NCBI GenBank assembly: GCA_963804165.1
Contig: CAWDPO010000024.1
Coordinates: 174,098-238,097 of the forward strand
Length of the DNA: 64,000 bases
Direction: 5' to 3'
DNA from: an uncultured delta proteobacterium
GTDB taxonomy: Bacteria > Desulfobacterota > Binatia > UBA9968
Shown here one piece after another: positions 30,377 through 42,497 of this stretch. A program made the position numbers and the translations under genes. Every line of letters starts with the position of its first letter. Position 1 is the first letter of the stretch. The notes under the pieces are model-generated. The model did no database searches, had not been told where the DNA came from, and saw only the letters and a list, made by a program, of their open reading frames with translations.

Positions 30377-31164
30377 CTAAAGCTTTGATCCCCCGTCCAC
30401 CGGAATACTCGCACCAGTGATCCAGCGCGCGCCATCTGACGCCAGGAATACGACTACGTCGGCAACATCTTCCGGTTTGCCGATTCGCTTCAAGGCCTGC
30501 ATCCCAAGCGTGACCTCCCGCCCCGCCTCGGTTTTCGTGAAGTTCGACATGCCCGTATCGATCACGCCTGGCGCGACTGCATTCACGCGAATGCCCTGGG
30601 GCCCGAGCATGGCCGCCCAGTTCTTGACAAGAGTCTCGATTGCTCCTTTGGTCGCCGCGTAGGCAAGGATCGAACGGTTGTCCAAACCGGGTTTGCCAAC
30701 TACGGTGCGGGCCGCGGCAGAAGAGATCACAATAATGTTTGAGCCTTCTCCGAGAATAGGCAGGAGTTGTTGCAGCAGAAAGAATGGACTGCGCACATCG
30801 CAACGAATACCCCGCGGACGTTGATGCCGATCACGCGATCCATCTCATCGAGCGTGGTCTCCTCGAAAGTTTTCGGAATGGCCGTACCGGCATTGTTCAC
30901 AAGCACATCAAGTCGGCCGAAGCTCGCAACGGTCTTTTCGACCGCGGCTTCGACGGCGCCGGCATCAGCGGCGTCCGCCTGGATTGCGATCGCTTTCCGA
31001 CCGGCGCGTTCAATCTCCTTAACGACCGACGCGGCAGCGTCTACACCTTTCGTGTAGGTGATGGCCACGTTCGCTCCGTCCGCGGCCAGACGCTTAGCGA
31101 TTGCGGCACCAATACCGCGCGAGCCGCCAGTAATGAGTGCAATTTTTCCTTCGAGCTTGTTCAT
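30377..31164 (-). pseudogene. chimeric SDR: N-terminal half of one SDR joined out of frame to the C-terminal half of another
   Basis: The first part ends INVRGVFVA. The second begins at the equivalent (N)VRSPFFL and carries YAATK. Confidence 0.6.
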
Positions 31165-31363
31165 GTATTCCTCTCCTCTCATCAAAGCATGTTAGATTGT
31201 GAGGACGACCCTGGGTAACGCCGAGCATCAGCCGCTTCGGCCAGCGGCAAGGTCTTCAACCCCTTCATAACCACTAAATTGTTCCGCTCTCATCGCACGC
31301 ATATTATTAATAGTTCCCCGGTTTTTGTTCGTTGCAGATTCCTAAACATGCAAAGAAGTCAGA

Positions 31364-31378
31364 GCAACGGATGTGCCA
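31364..31378 (-). promoter_or_regulatory. sigma54 promoter
   Basis: Minus strand TGGCAC-ATCCG-TTGC. Repeated TGACGA(G/A)ATG(T/C)C motifs near 31450 and 31482 could be activator sites. Confidence 0.65.
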
Positions 31379-31597
31379 GTGTCGATTCGATATCGGGTCT
31401 CTGAAACCTAAGGATTATCCCGAATGTTGCACTCAGCTGCCGGCGGATGTGACGAGATGTCTTGGCGAGTTATCGGCACCCTGACGAAATGCCGGCTCTA
31501 AATTTCGGTTAAGTCACTTGCCATTATGATAGTTAATAAAGGAGAGTGATGGCCGACGCAGTAATTGCTTCGCGAGACTTCTACTTAGTCTTCCGGT

Positions 31598-31850
31598 TCA
31601 TGCCGTGACCTCGCGCTGAACTGCATTGACCACTGCCGCCGCGTGGGTCAGTGGAATCATGTGCGCCGCGCCGGGAACGGCTATGCTTTCTGCCTGCAAT
31701 GCGGCGGGGCAATCAGCGTCTTTTCGCCGATGAGTATCGTCGTTGGTGGCGGCGATTCGGCGAAGAACTCAACTCCGGTGGTATTCGGTTTCAAGCCGTG
31801 GCTGCTCGACACACAGGGCGGCGCATGGCGCTGGCGTCGAAACTGCGGAG
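31598..31850 (-). pseudogene. possible C-terminal fragment of an alpha/beta hydrolase
   Basis: Minus frame reads ...LQAESIAVPGAAHMIPLTHAAAVVNAVQREVTA*, which resembles the catalytic-His region. Confidence 0.4.
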
Positions 31851-31859
31851 GGTAACCGT

Positions 31860-32051
31860 TTATTTCGGTATCTTTTTCTCGAGCGCGAGCGCTTGAGCTT
31901 CTTCTGTTTCCGGCGAGTTCTCAGTGACGCTCCAACGCCGCTTCTCACGCCCTAATGTCCAGGCCGGCGGGTCACTCGCGGGAAAACTGTCCGCCAGTGT
32001 CGCATCAATTATATCTTCTGAAAGTTTCTCATCAATCGAATCATCCGCCAT
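31860..32051 (-). CDS. small acidic protein with SFPASDPP motif
   Basis: MADDSIDEKLSEDIIDATLADSFPASDPPAWTLGRE. I recognise this motif from short hypothetical proteins in many bacteria. Confidence 0.6.
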   Translation of the reverse strand: MADDSIDEKLSEDIIDATLADSFPASDPPAWTLGREKRRWSVTENSPETEEAQALALEKKIPK

Positions 32052-32087
32052 GGGTTTTGCTCCATCTATAGTCATAAAAGCTCGCAA

Positions 32088-32236
32088 CTCGAAATCCAAA
32101 TTCGAAACGAATTCAAATTATCAAGAAGGGCAATGTTCCAAACATGGTAGTTCGGATTAGCGTTTTGGATTTTGGCGGTTCGTGTTTATTTGACTATTGT
32201 TTGTTTCGGATATTCGAATTTCGGCTTTCGAGTTTA
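32088..32236. repeat. heptamer-based inverted repeat element
   Basis: tcgaaatccaaattcgaaac ... gtttcggatattcgaatttcggctttcga. Confidence 0.55.
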
Positions 32237-32279
32237 TTTCTATTTTGGTTTGTTTCGGATCTCCAGTTTCGAGTCTATG

Positions 32280-32890
32280 CTACTCTGTGCGAGATAATCC
32301 CACTTGGTTGCGGCTGAGTCTTCCCGGGCTCCTCGTATCGTTATATGCCATCCACACACTCTTGATGTTCATAAACTCCCGGATGCCGTATTCCGAAAGC
32401 TCCCTTCCATAGCCAGACCGCTTGATACCGCCGAACGGAAGGCGCGGATCGGACATCACGACTTCATTCACAAAAACGGAGCCGGCTTCAATCTGGCGAA
32501 CGATTCGCTCCGCGTGCTCGCAGTCCCGGGTCCAGAGAGATGCACCCAATGCGAACACCGAGTCGTTTGCCAGGCGGATGGCGTCGGCCTCGTCCCGGGC
32601 GCGGATTACCGCCGCCACCGGTCCGAAGGTCTCTTCGTCGAACGCCGGCATCCCTTTGTTGACGGCGGCCACCACCGTGGGCGGATAAAAGGCACCGGGG
32701 CTTTCCGGTATCCGTCCGCCGAGGAGTAGCTTGGCGCCGCGTCTCACTGACTCTTCCACCTGACGGTGCAGCGCCTCCCGCAGGTCGTGGCGCGCTTGTG
32801 GACCGATCTGCGTATCACGGTCAAGCGGGTCACCCATTTTTGGGGAGCGCATCTCTGAGAGGAAAAGTTCCACGAACGGATCCGCGATCT
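32280..32890 (-). pseudogene. gabD: 3' half of split succinate-semialdehyde dehydrogenase
   Basis: IADPFVELF...GDPLD...EETFGPV...PFGGIKRSGYGRELS...EFMNIK; continues 42650..43466 exactly. Confidence 0.85.
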
Positions 32891-33270
32891 AGTAAGGACA
32901 ATAAGCAGCCTAATTCCATTGATGGGTTTGGTTCTCGTCCCGAGGATTTCCGGCTTTTCAAACAGCGACGAAAGCAAGGATCAGAAAGCTAAACGGCGCC
33001 TCTTGCAACCGCATAATCAGCAGGATTCTTGAGCAAGTTGACGCGCAAGACAAGATTTTCAGACTTGTTGGGCTGCTACTTCAGAGGGCACTCGGCGACA
33101 AAGGATAATCCAATATGAGAATTGTAACGGTCAAATTGACTGAATGTCCGGATGGCTTTACTCATTACGCTTGGTTTTGCCCACGCCGGCGCCCCCTTTT
33201 TTGCAGGAGCGAAACTGTCATCACAGGGTCGTCCACCCGCGAGGTATGCTCCGCGCATTGCCTTGGACTG

Positions 33271-34698
33271 TCACTGCTGCCAGCCGCCGCCGAGCGCTCT
33301 GTAGAGCTGAACCAATGACAGCAACTCACCGAGCCGGATCTGAGCCAGGCTCAATTCGGAATTAAACAAGTCGCGGTCAGCATCCAGGGCATTGAGAAGC
33401 GTATCGACTCCGCCCCGGTATCTCATGTAGGCCAGCCGTTTTCGGTCTAGCAACGCTGAAACCAGCAACTCCCGCTGTGCGCGAATTTCTCTGACCCGTT
33501 GGTACTGGACCAGCGCGTTCGAGACATCGCGAAATCCCGCTTGCACCGCCCCTTCGTATTGCGCCAGCGCGCTGCGCTGCTGCGCTTCGGCCAACTGGAC
33601 GCCGGAGGTGATCCGTCCGCCGGCGAAGATAGGCTGGGTAATCTGAGGAATGAAACTCCATATTCTTCTTGAACCGGAGAACAAATTCGCCAGCGCCGTG
33701 CTTTGATAACCGAACTCACCGGTGAGAGTAATCTGCGGGAAATAAGCCGCCTTGGCAACGCCGATAATGGCGTTGGCCGTGATTAAGTTTTGCTCCGCCG
33801 CCTGGATATCCGGGCGCCTCTCCAAAAGGTTCGCCGGCAAACCGGCAGGCACTTCGGGCGGCGTCCGCTGATCCGTTAACAGACGAGTGCGCGATATGGA
33901 GCCGGGATGGCGCCCGAGCAGAAAACTGATTTGATTTTCGGTTTGCTCCAATTGGCGTTCCGCATCGGGTATCGCCTGCGACGCGTCATAAACCAATTGC
34001 TCTCCCTGTCGCACGTCCAAAAGCGTGCCCACCCCGCCCTGCAGTTGAAGCCGGATCAAACGGAGCGATTCTGCTCGCGTGGCCAAAGTGTTTTTTGCGA
34101 TCTCCAATTCCATATCCAGTTCGAGAAGACTGAAATAGGCAGTGGCCACGTCGCTGATCAGGGTCGTGACAACGGCTTTTCGGTTCCAATCCGCAGCCAG
34201 TAAATCGGCGCGTGACGCTTCAGTCGCTCGGCGTAACCGACCCCAAATGTCGATCTCAAAGGAAAAAAGATTGAGGAAGACCGAGCCAAAGGTGCGCTGG
34301 CGGCTGGTTCCCCTAGGGATGGTAAATTGTCCCTGCCGCGATTGCTCGGTCGAGGTAACATCGGCCCCGAGACCAATGTTCGGATACTGATCCGCTTGCG
34401 TAATGCCGAGGTTGGCGCGCGCCGCATCGACGCGCGCGACCGCATCCCGGAGATCGTAATTCTGCAGCATCGCCGTGCGGATCAATTCCTGCAACTGCTC
34501 GTCTTGGAAAACTTCGAACCATTTGAGCTCGGCAATGGATTGCTTGTCGGGAGTTATCGCAGCAGAAGCGCCGCGAAACGAATCCGGCGTTGTCACGGCA
34601 GGCCGCCGATAATCCGGGCCGAGCATGCAGCCGCTCAGAAGCAGGATCAATGCGGCGGCACCGCTCGCGCGCTTTTTCATCTCCGGCTGTCGAATCAT
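33271..34698 (-). CDS. RND efflux outer membrane lipoprotein (OprM/NodT family)
   Basis: LSGC lipobox, FEIDIWGRLR, LLERRPDI..AE and LYRALGGGW. Confidence 0.92.
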   Translation of the reverse strand: MIRQPEMKKRASGAAALILLLSGCMLGPDYRRPAVTTPDSFRGASAAITPDKQSIAELKWFEVFQDEQLQELIRTAMLQNYDLRDAVARVDAARANLGITQADQYPNIGLGADVTSTEQSRQGQFTIPRGTSRQRTFGSVFLNLFSFEIDIWGRLRRATEASRADLLAADWNRKAVVTTLISDVATAYFSLLELDMELEIAKNTLATRAESLRLIRLQLQGGVGTLLDVRQGEQLVYDASQAIPDAERQLEQTENQISFLLGRHPGSISRTRLLTDQRTPPEVPAGLPANLLERRPDIQAAEQNLITANAIIGVAKAAYFPQITLTGEFGYQSTALANLFSGSRRIWSFIPQITQPIFAGGRITSGVQLAEAQQRSALAQYEGAVQAGFRDVSNALVQYQRVREIRAQRELLVSALLDRKRLAYMRYRGGVDTLLNALDADRDLFNSELSLAQIRLGELLSLVQLYRALGGGWQQ

Positions 34699-34709
34699 CG
34701 TTGCCTCCC

Positions 34710-37700
34710 TCAGACCGCTGCCGGTGCGGGCTGCTCTGCGGCCGCCTCATGCTTCTGCCGGCGGCGCGCGAGTCGCTCTATCGCGTAGAACGAAACCGGA
34801 ATGAGTAAGCTCGCGAACAGCGTGTCGAAGGCCATTCCCATGATCACGACGGTGCCCAATATTCGCCGCGCCACGCTTCCCGCCCCCGAAGCGATCCACA
34901 ACGGCACGCATCCTAGAATGAACGCAAGCGATGTCATGAATAATGCCCGACGGCGTATCCTCATTCCTTCCAGCGCCGCGTCGATCAGACTTCGTCCCTT
35001 CTCGAACTCGATCTTCGCGAATTCGACGATCAGGATCGCGTTCTTCGCCGCCAGCCCGATGAGGACAATCAGACCGACTTGCGAGTAGGCATCGAAAGGA
35101 AAATGGCGCAGCCATAAGCCACTGAACGCGCCGAGGACTGCGATCGGAACCGTCAACAGAATTGCGAACGGCAGTGACCAACTCTCATAGAGCGCCGCAA
35201 GAATCAGAAACACAAAAAGCAGCGAAAACCCGAAAATGGCGACTGCGGACACACCCTTGTCTGCGGCCTGCTCCTGGAATGACATGCCCGAGTAGTCGAA
35301 GCCCATTTCCCGCGGCATAGTTTGAGCGAACACTTCTTCCAGCGCCTTCCTGCCCTGGCCGGAACTGTAACCCGGCGCTAGAATGCCGTTGATTTGCGCC
35401 GCCCTGTAACCATTAAAGCGTACCGTAAATTCCGGACCCGACGTCGTTTTCATCGTCACGACCGTCGAGAGGGGTACGGGGTTTCCGTCATTGTTCCGAA
35501 CCCGGAAGAGCCCGACGTTGTCAGCTTCCGTGCGAAATTCTCCTTCTGCCTGCACGTACACCTGCCACACCCGCCCGAAACGGTTGAAATAATTGACAAA
35601 GAGTCCTCCCATGAACGTCTGGAGCGTCTGGTAGACCGAATCCAGATCCACACCCTGTTTGAGGACCTTGTCACGATCGACATTTGCGAAAACTTGCGGC
35701 GCGTTTGGGATAAATGTCGTCGTCAGCGACGCAAACTCCGGCCGCTTGCGCGCCGCCTGAAGGAAGCGATCAGTGTTTTGCGCCAGGAACTCAACGCTCT
35801 GTCCCGATCGATCTTCAAGCATGAATGTCGCGCCGCCAGAGGTGCCGATGCCGGGAATCGCCGGAGGTGAAAACGCAAACACTTGCGCGTCAGGAACTGT
35901 TGCGAGCCGCTGATTGAGATTCCGCAAGATGTTATCAGCGGTCAATCCTGAGCCGCGCTCACCCCACGGCTTGAGCGTGACAAAATAAAATGCGTTGTAG
36001 GTCGTGTTGACAAAGCTCAAAAGGCTGAAGCCGACAATGGTATTGTACGACTGAACGCCCGGAGTCTCTTTGAGAATCGCTTCGATTTTTTTGGCGACAT
36101 CGTCCGTCCGCTGTAATGATGCCGCTGTCGGCAGTTGCACGTTGATGAAAAAGTATCCCTGGTCTTCTTCCGGCAGCAATCCGGTGGGGAGGCGCGAACC
36201 AAAAAAGCCCGCGGCAAGAGCGATCACAACCAGCAACAAAACCGAAAACACTACCTTGTGGAGCAGCACGTCGCTGCCGACGAGATAGACGTGCATGACT
36301 TTGCCAAATCCCGAGTTAAAACGATCGAAGAACCAGCCGAGGAGCCCGCGCGATTGCTTTCCCGGCTTCAGCAGCAGCGCCGCGAGCGCCGGTGAAAGCG
36401 TCAGGGCGTTGAACGCCGAGATCAGAGTCGAGATCGCAATGGTGACGGCGAACTGATTATTGAGTCGCCCTGTGATGCCCCCTACGAATGCGGCCGGTAA
36501 AAAGACCGCGGCGAGAACCAGCGCAATGGCGACCACGGGTCCGGAAACTTCTTCCATCGCTTTGAGCGTCGCATCGCGCGGCGAAAGCCCGTGCTCGATG
36601 TGTTGCTCGACTGCCTCGACGACGACGATCGCGTCGTCGACGACGAGGCCGATGGCGAGAACGAGGCCGAAGAGCGACAGCGTGTTGATCGAGAAACCGA
36701 GCAAGGGAAAAACAGCGAACGTGCCAACCAGCGAAACCGGAACTGCGAGGAGAGGAATCAGAGTGGCCCGCCAGTTCTGCAGGAAGATAAAGACCACGAG
36801 GACGACCAGGATCAACGCCTCGACGAGCGTGTGGACGATCTCGTTGATACCTTCCGATACAGCAAGAGTCGTGTCCAGCGAGATGTTGTAATCGAGGTCC
36901 TCAGGAAACCTGGATTTTAATTCTTCCATCAACTGCTTCGCGCTGTTCATCGTGTCGATCGCGTTGGAGCCTGGAAGCTGGTAGACGGCGATGATTGCGG
37001 CAGGCCTGCCGTTCAGCCGTCCAATCTGGTTGTAGCTCTGCGCGCCGAGCTCTACACGAGCCACATCCTTCATCCGCACAATCGAGCCATCGGGATTGGC
37101 GCGCACCACCACGTCGCCAAATTCCTCGGCGGTCAAGAGACGGCCTTGCGCCCGAACCGTATAGGTGAACTGCTGCCCACGCGGCACAGGCTCCGCGCCG
37201 ATCTGGCCCGCCGGGTTCACCTTGTTTTGGTTCGTTAGCGCCGCGACGATATCACTGACCGTAATACCGAGGCTCGCGAGGGTGTCCGGCCGTACCCAGA
37301 AACGCATCGCGTACTGGCCGGCGCCGAAGATGTTTACCTGCGCAATGCCGGGCACGCGGCTCATCGGATCGTTGATGTTGATGTACGCGTAATTGGCGAG
37401 AAAAGTCGCATCATAGGTTCCCTTGGGCGAGTAGAGAGAGAACAGCGCCAGAGGGCTCGTGGGCGACTTGCGGATCGTGACACCCTGGTTCCGGACGTCA
37501 AGCGGGAGCTGCGATTCGGCCTGAAGGTAACGCATCTGTGTGAGGATTTGGTCGGTGTTTGCGTCTGTGCCGACGTCGAAGTTCACCCTGAGCCGCATCA
37601 GCCCGCTCGCTGCGTTGGTCGAGTTCATGTAGATCATGTTGTCGACGCCCTGCATTTGCTGTTCGATCGGCGTTGCCACCGACTGCTCGACGGTTTCGGC

Positions 37701-37859
37701 ATCGGCACCGACGTAGGTCGCCTGCAAAAAGATTTCCGGCGGCGCGAGCTCGGGGTACTGAGCGATCGGCAGCCGCACGATGCTGACGATGCCGACGATC
37801 ACTATGAGGATGGAAATGACGATCGCAATGATAGGGTGGTAGACGAAGAATTTGGCCAT
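34710..37859 (-). CDS. RND efflux permease, HAE1 (AcrB/BepE) family
   Basis: 1049 aa with [26 protein letters not shown] and [14 protein letters not shown]. Confidence 0.95.
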   Translation of the reverse strand: MAKFFVYHPIIAIVISILIVIVGIVSIVRLPIAQYPELAPPEIFLQATYVGADAETVEQSVATPIEQQMQGVDNMIYMNSTNAASGLMRLRVNFDVGTDANTDQILTQMRYLQAESQLPLDVRNQGVTIRKSPTSPLALFSLYSPKGTYDATFLANYAYININDPMSRVPGIAQVNIFGAGQYAMRFWVRPDTLASLGITVSDIVAALTNQNKVNPAGQIGAEPVPRGQQFTYTVRAQGRLLTAEEFGDVVVRANPDGSIVRMKDVARVELGAQSYNQIGRLNGRPAAIIAVYQLPGSNAIDTMNSAKQLMEELKSRFPEDLDYNISLDTTLAVSEGINEIVHTLVEALILVVLVVFIFLQNWRATLIPLLAVPVSLVGTFAVFPLLGFSINTLSLFGLVLAIGLVVDDAIVVVEAVEQHIEHGLSPRDATLKAMEEVSGPVVAIALVLAAVFLPAAFVGGITGRLNNQFAVTIAISTLISAFNALTLSPALAALLLKPGKQSRGLLGWFFDRFNSGFGKVMHVYLVGSDVLLHKVVFSVLLLVVIALAAGFFGSRLPTGLLPEEDQGYFFINVQLPTAASLQRTDDVAKKIEAILKETPGVQSYNTIVGFSLLSFVNTTYNAFYFVTLKPWGERGSGLTADNILRNLNQRLATVPDAQVFAFSPPAIPGIGTSGGATFMLEDRSGQSVEFLAQNTDRFLQAARKRPEFASLTTTFIPNAPQVFANVDRDKVLKQGVDLDSVYQTLQTFMGGLFVNYFNRFGRVWQVYVQAEGEFRTEADNVGLFRVRNNDGNPVPLSTVVTMKTTSGPEFTVRFNGYRAAQINGILAPGYSSGQGRKALEEVFAQTMPREMGFDYSGMSFQEQAADKGVSAVAIFGFSLLFVFLILAALYESWSLPFAILLTVPIAVLGAFSGLWLRHFPFDAYSQVGLIVLIGLAAKNAILIVEFAKIEFEKGRSLIDAALEGMRIRRRALFMTSLAFILGCVPLWIASGAGSVARRILGTVVIMGMAFDTLFASLLIPVSFYAIERLARRRQKHEAAAEQPAPAAV

Positions 37860-37862
37860 ATT

Positions 37863-39185
37863 CTACCTCGGCTGCGAGTTGGCTGTGGGCGCGGTTTTGT
37901 CTTCGGTCATCGCTTTTAGCGGCTTAGGGTTGACCGGCATGCCTGCCTTCACTTGTTGGATTCCCTCTGCGACAACGTTCTCCCCCGGCTTCAACCCTTC
38001 ATCAATGATCCACTGCGTGCCAACGCGCTCGCCGACTTTAACCGGTCGGATGCTAACCTTGTTATCGTTGCCGACTACCGCCACTTGGTAACTACCTTGC
38101 AGCTCCGTCACCGCGCGCTGGGGAACAAGCAGAGCGTCTTTCTTCGTCGTTGTGATTGCCCTAACGCGGGCGAACTGGCCGGGACGAAGGATATTTCCAG
38201 GATTCGGAAACAGTCCCTCCAGCCGCAGCGTGCCCGTCCTTACATCCACCTGGCGGTCAGCGAAAGAAAAGCTGCCTTTGTTGGGGTAAAGCCTCCCATC
38301 AGCCAAAATCAGCTCCAAGACCAACTTTTTCTCTTGCGCAGCTCGTTTCGCTACATCGGGGTTTTCCCTGATATAGTTGAGGTATCCGCGCTCGCTTACG
38401 GGGAAATAGACCTTGATCGGGTCAAGCGTCGACACAGTCGTGAGGAGAGTGGTCTGGCTCACAAGGTCGCCAATCTGTGCTTGCGCGACGCCGGCAATAC
38501 CGTCAATAAGGGAGACGATTTTGGTAAAGCCCAGATTGAGCTGAGCCGCCTCAACCTGGGCCTTCGCCGCTTCTATTTGAGCTTTGGCCGCCCGGACTGC
38601 AGCCTGGGCGGCGAGATTGGTCTGCACCGCATTGTCGAGAGCCTGTTGGCTCACCGCCTGCTCTTTGGCGAGCGGAATGTAGCGATCCACGTCGAGCTGG
38701 GCCTTGACTTGATTCGCCTCCGCCTGCGCGAGCTGTTGCTCAGCATTGGCGAGCTGCCCTTTGGTTAGATCCAGCGCCGCCTGGAAAGTTCTCGGATCGA
38801 TCTCGAACAGCAACTCTCCTTTTTTAACGAAAGAGCCTTCTTGGTAGGTCCGGCGAATTAGATAGCCCGTCACCTGTGGCCTGATCTGGGCGTTGACCAA
38901 CCCCTCCAACGTGCCGATCCACTCATTCGGGATGGGCACGTCCCTTTGCTCGACCTGCACCACCTCGACTTGTGGCGGTGGCGCTTGCGGTTGCTCGGAT
39001 TTCCCACAGCCGAGTGAACTCAGCAGAATCATACTCGCAATGACCTGCCAGAGACTTGGCCAACGTTTCACGGAAGTGCCTATTTGAGGAAATCTAAAAA
39101 CCGACCACTCATCACTGCGTTTCATGCGCATGTAAATTCGCCACCTTTCATCAATCAGCCGGAGCGTTCCTTCACTCATGGTCAC
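37863..39185 (-). CDS. RND efflux periplasmic adaptor (AcrA family); true start probably downstream of 39185
   Basis: IRPQVTGY, EGSFVKKGELLFEIDP, FPNPGNILRPGQF and VPQRAV. Confidence 0.9.
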   Translation of the reverse strand: MTMSEGTLRLIDERWRIYMRMKRSDEWSVFRFPQIGTSVKRWPSLWQVIASMILLSSLGCGKSEQPQAPPPQVEVVQVEQRDVPIPNEWIGTLEGLVNAQIRPQVTGYLIRRTYQEGSFVKKGELLFEIDPRTFQAALDLTKGQLANAEQQLAQAEANQVKAQLDVDRYIPLAKEQAVSQQALDNAVQTNLAAQAAVRAAKAQIEAAKAQVEAAQLNLGFTKIVSLIDGIAGVAQAQIGDLVSQTTLLTTVSTLDPIKVYFPVSERGYLNYIRENPDVAKRAAQEKKLVLELILADGRLYPNKGSFSFADRQVDVRTGTLRLEGLFPNPGNILRPGQFARVRAITTTKKDALLVPQRAVTELQGSYQVAVVGNDNKVSIRPVKVGERVGTQWIIDEGLKPGENVVAEGIQQVKAGMPVNPKPLKAMTEDKTAPTANSQPR

Positions 39186-39342
39186 AGCCGCAAATCCGTT
39201 CCCGTGATGTCGGAATGCGAGAAATACGACAGTCTCGCGACCTCACCGGTGAGCGCAGTTTTTTTTCGAGCCTTCCCCATCTATTTCTTCTTCGTTCTCT
39301 GCCGCCACTGGTCTCACAGACTCGGCGAATTCCCGGAGCGTA

Positions 39343-40140
39343 TCAGATCGTCGGGATGTTTCCTCCGTCAATGATGTATTCGCTACCGGTGATCGAAGAA
39401 GCTCGGTCGGAAACGAGGAACGCAACCAACTCTGCGACTTCATCGGGGCGGCTGGGGCGGCCGAGCGGAATCCCGCCCAGCGAATTGATCAAACTTTGCC
39501 TCGCGGCAGCTACGTCAGTCCCTGCTTCCGCCGCCAACCGCTCAATCAATGCCTCGGCGGCCTTGGTTTCAGTGAATCCCGGGGCAACACTGTTCACCCG
39601 GACGCCGTGCGGGCCGACTTCCTTGGAGAGTCCTTTGCTGTAATTGGTGAGAGCGGCTTTGGCGGCGGCGTAGCCCAGGGTAGCTTCGAATAAGGGCAGC
39701 GTTCGCTGGATGGAAGAAACATGGAGGATGACGCCGGAGCGTTGCTTCAGCATCGGTGGAAGAAAGCCGCGATCCAGGCGCACCGCCGAAAACAGATTCA
39801 GCTCGAATTCCTGCTGCCAGATTTCATCGTTCAACGCCAGCACACCACCGCCCGGCGCGGAAGAGCCGCCAACGCTGTTGATTAGGATATCGAGGCCGCC
39901 GAGGCGTTCAAAGGTTGTCTTGATGATGTGATCCGCCCCCGCACGTGTGCTGACGTCCGCTTGAATGAACCCTTCGGGATTGGCGCCTGCAAGAATATTT
40001 CTAGCGGTACTGAGCACCGTCCCACCGCCCCTTATTAGACGGCTCACGACGGCCTCGCCAATTCCTCTGGTGCCGCCCGTGACCAGAATTCGCTTGCCAG
40101 AGAATTCGTTTGCGTCGTATGGGACGTTGGATGCGCTCAT
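39343..40140 (-). CDS. SDR oxidoreductase
   Basis: [13 protein letters not shown] and RVNSVAPG. Confidence 0.88.
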   Translation of the reverse strand: MSASNVPYDANEFSGKRILVTGGTRGIGEAVVSRLIRGGGTVLSTARNILAGANPEGFIQADVSTRAGADHIIKTTFERLGGLDILINSVGGSSAPGGGVLALNDEIWQQEFELNLFSAVRLDRGFLPPMLKQRSGVILHVSSIQRTLPLFEATLGYAAAKAALTNYSKGLSKEVGPHGVRVNSVAPGFTETKAAEALIERLAAEAGTDVAAARQSLINSLGGIPLGRPSRPDEVAELVAFLVSDRASSITGSEYIIDGGNIPTI

Positions 40141-40237
40141 AGGTGCCCCTCCTCGCTCGCGTTCCTACTGCGGCCTGCTAATGGTCATCACCACATTCCG
40201 TTAAATTCACCCCAACCCTCTGTTTGCGGCGATTACG

Positions 40238-41735
40238 TCAACTCGGCACGCCGTTGATAAAATCGAGGATTGCCGGAATCACCGTCTGGGATGCTTCTTC
40301 CATCAGCCAATGACCCACGCCCGCGACAACCTGACCTCGGACATCGGATGCCACCAGCGTGGCTTGTTCGATGAGAAAGTTGCCGCTGGCCTTTTCGCCA
40401 GTTAGCACCATCACCGGCATTGCGAGACGGCTCGCGCCCAGCTGGGCGAAATCCTGCGCGTCGCGTTCGAGATTGCGGAAATACTCGAAGCCGGCGCGCA
40501 TGCCGCCGGGCTGCGAGTAGGCCTGCGCATAGATACAGCGATCGGCCTCCGGTACCGAGTGTTTCGGATCGGCGGCGAAGTCGTTCCAAAAGTGTTCGAA
40601 GTAGGTCCGCTCGCGCCCGTGGACCAGTGCGAGCGGCACATTGCCGTGGAAGTGAAAATGCCACAGGTCGCGCAGCAGCCAAACGTCTTTCCAGTTCCCG
40701 ATGCCAGGGAGAAACGCGTCCATCAGCACCACGCGCTCGGTAGACTGCGGAAACTGCGCCGCGAACGCGTAAGCGACCATCAATCCGATGTCGTGGCCGA
40801 CGATGCTGACGCGATCCAATCCTAACGAGGCGGTCAAATCGTGGATGTCGACGGCCATATTCTTCTTGTCATAGCCGCCCTCCGGCTTGGACGATCCACC
40901 AGCGCCGCGCAGATCGGGAACGATGACGGTGTGACGCTCGGCGAGCAACGGCATGATCGGCTGCCACATGTGACTGGTTTCGGCGTAACCGTGCAGTAAA
41001 ACCACCGGGCTACCTTTACCATGAAATAGCGCAGTCTAACTCCGTTGACCTCGGCGAAGCGTTCGGCAAAAGCGGAATCGACTGTGGCGACCTCGGCCCT
41101 ATGGGGAGAAGATGGCGTCGGCAATGCGGCGAGCAGTTCTTCAGTCACGAGAATCGCATGCGCGAACGTCGGTCCGTTCAGCTCGTGCGCCGCGTGCATC
41201 ATCTCGCGGCTGAACGCCGCCGTTGCGTCCTCACCAACGTGACGTGATAACCAAGCTCCATCGCGAAGCGGGACGTCGACTCGATGCAAGTATTTGCGAG
41301 TAGACCGATCACGATGACGTTTTCTATGTCATGCTGTTTGAGCTGCTGATCGAGATCGGTGTTGGCGAAGCCGCTCTGGGCCCAATGCTCCTTGATGATG
41401 ACGTCGCCTTCGTGGGGTGCGAAGTCCGGATGCCATTCACCGCCCCAGGTTCCTTTGGCAAAGGTTTGCCGTTTACCCGAAGCAATCTGGCTCGGGTTCG
41501 CGTGTTTCCATTTGACGTAATCACCGGGTTCCCAGCGATGATGCGGCACGATGAAGATCTGAATCTTTGCAGCACGCGCTGCTGCAACGATCTGGCGCAA
41601 GTGATCGAGGAGGTGTTCTTCCTCGGCGATATCTTTGAGCAAGGGCCAAAGCTTGCCACCTTCGCTGAGAAAATCATTGTACGGATCGACGAGCAGCAGA
41701 CCGGTGGTGTCTGAAGAATAGTTGGTTGTAGTCAT
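40238..41735 (-). CDS. probable fusion of isochorismatase-family cysteine hydrolase and epoxide-hydrolase-like alpha/beta hydrolase (frameshifts near 41230 and 41020)
   Basis: VDPYNDF, K..AQSGF and ANTCIEST, then an open linker into NGVRLRY, LLHGY, VGHDIG and GHWLMEE. Confidence 0.65.
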
Positions 41736-41804
41736 GTGATTCTCCGAGGCCCCATCATGTCGGTTTTGCAATGAGCAGCGCCGCTCCTTATTCCTAGATC
41801 ACCT

Positions 41805-42497
41805 AGGCCGCCAAATCGAACACAAGAACTTCAGCGTGATCGAGACCTTTGACCTCGAAGATGCTTTCTTGACCGATAGCGGCGCCATCGCCTGCACCAA
41901 GCGCGGTTCCATTCAGAGTTACAGTTCCGCGCGCGGCCAAGCAGCCCGGCCGCGCTTTAAAGAATAACTAATGGCGTGACCTTGAGGCAGAACGGCAAGC
42001 GAGATCTCAGCATCCTGATGGACCTTGACCGCTCCATCGCGCGCATCCGGCGCGGCGACGAGAACCAAGCTCCCACTAGTTTTCTCGAGCTCGAACGAGC
42101 GTTGTTCATATCCTGGCTTCAATCCCGATTGATTGGGCAGGATCCAGATCTGCAGAAAGTGTACCGGCTCGGTTTGCGATGCGTTGTATTCGCTGTGGCT
42201 GATTCCTGTTCCCGCGCTCATGCGCTGAACGTCCCCGACCCGAATGACCGAGCTCGTTCCCGTGCTGTCTTTGTGCGCCAGCGCGCCTTCCAGGACATAG
42301 GTGATGATTTCCATGTCGCGATGCGAATGAGTCGGAAATCCCGCGCCCGGGGTGACTCGATCTTCATTGATAACTCTAAGATCGCTGAAACCCATGTGTT
42401 GCGGATCGCGGTAATCGCCGAAGGAAAAACTATGGCGGCTGTCGAGCCAGTTGAATCTCGTACGTCCCCTTTCATCGCCATGGCGCACGGTGATCAT
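41805..42497 (-). CDS. pirin family protein (YhhW-like), frameshift near 41930
   Basis: [36 protein letters not shown] and FLQIWI. Confidence 0.88.

Noticed and set aside
39189-39203. Sigma54 promoter before the RND adaptor gene
   Set aside because: Only GG-N10-GC matches (CGGGAAC rather than TGGCAC); too weak to call.
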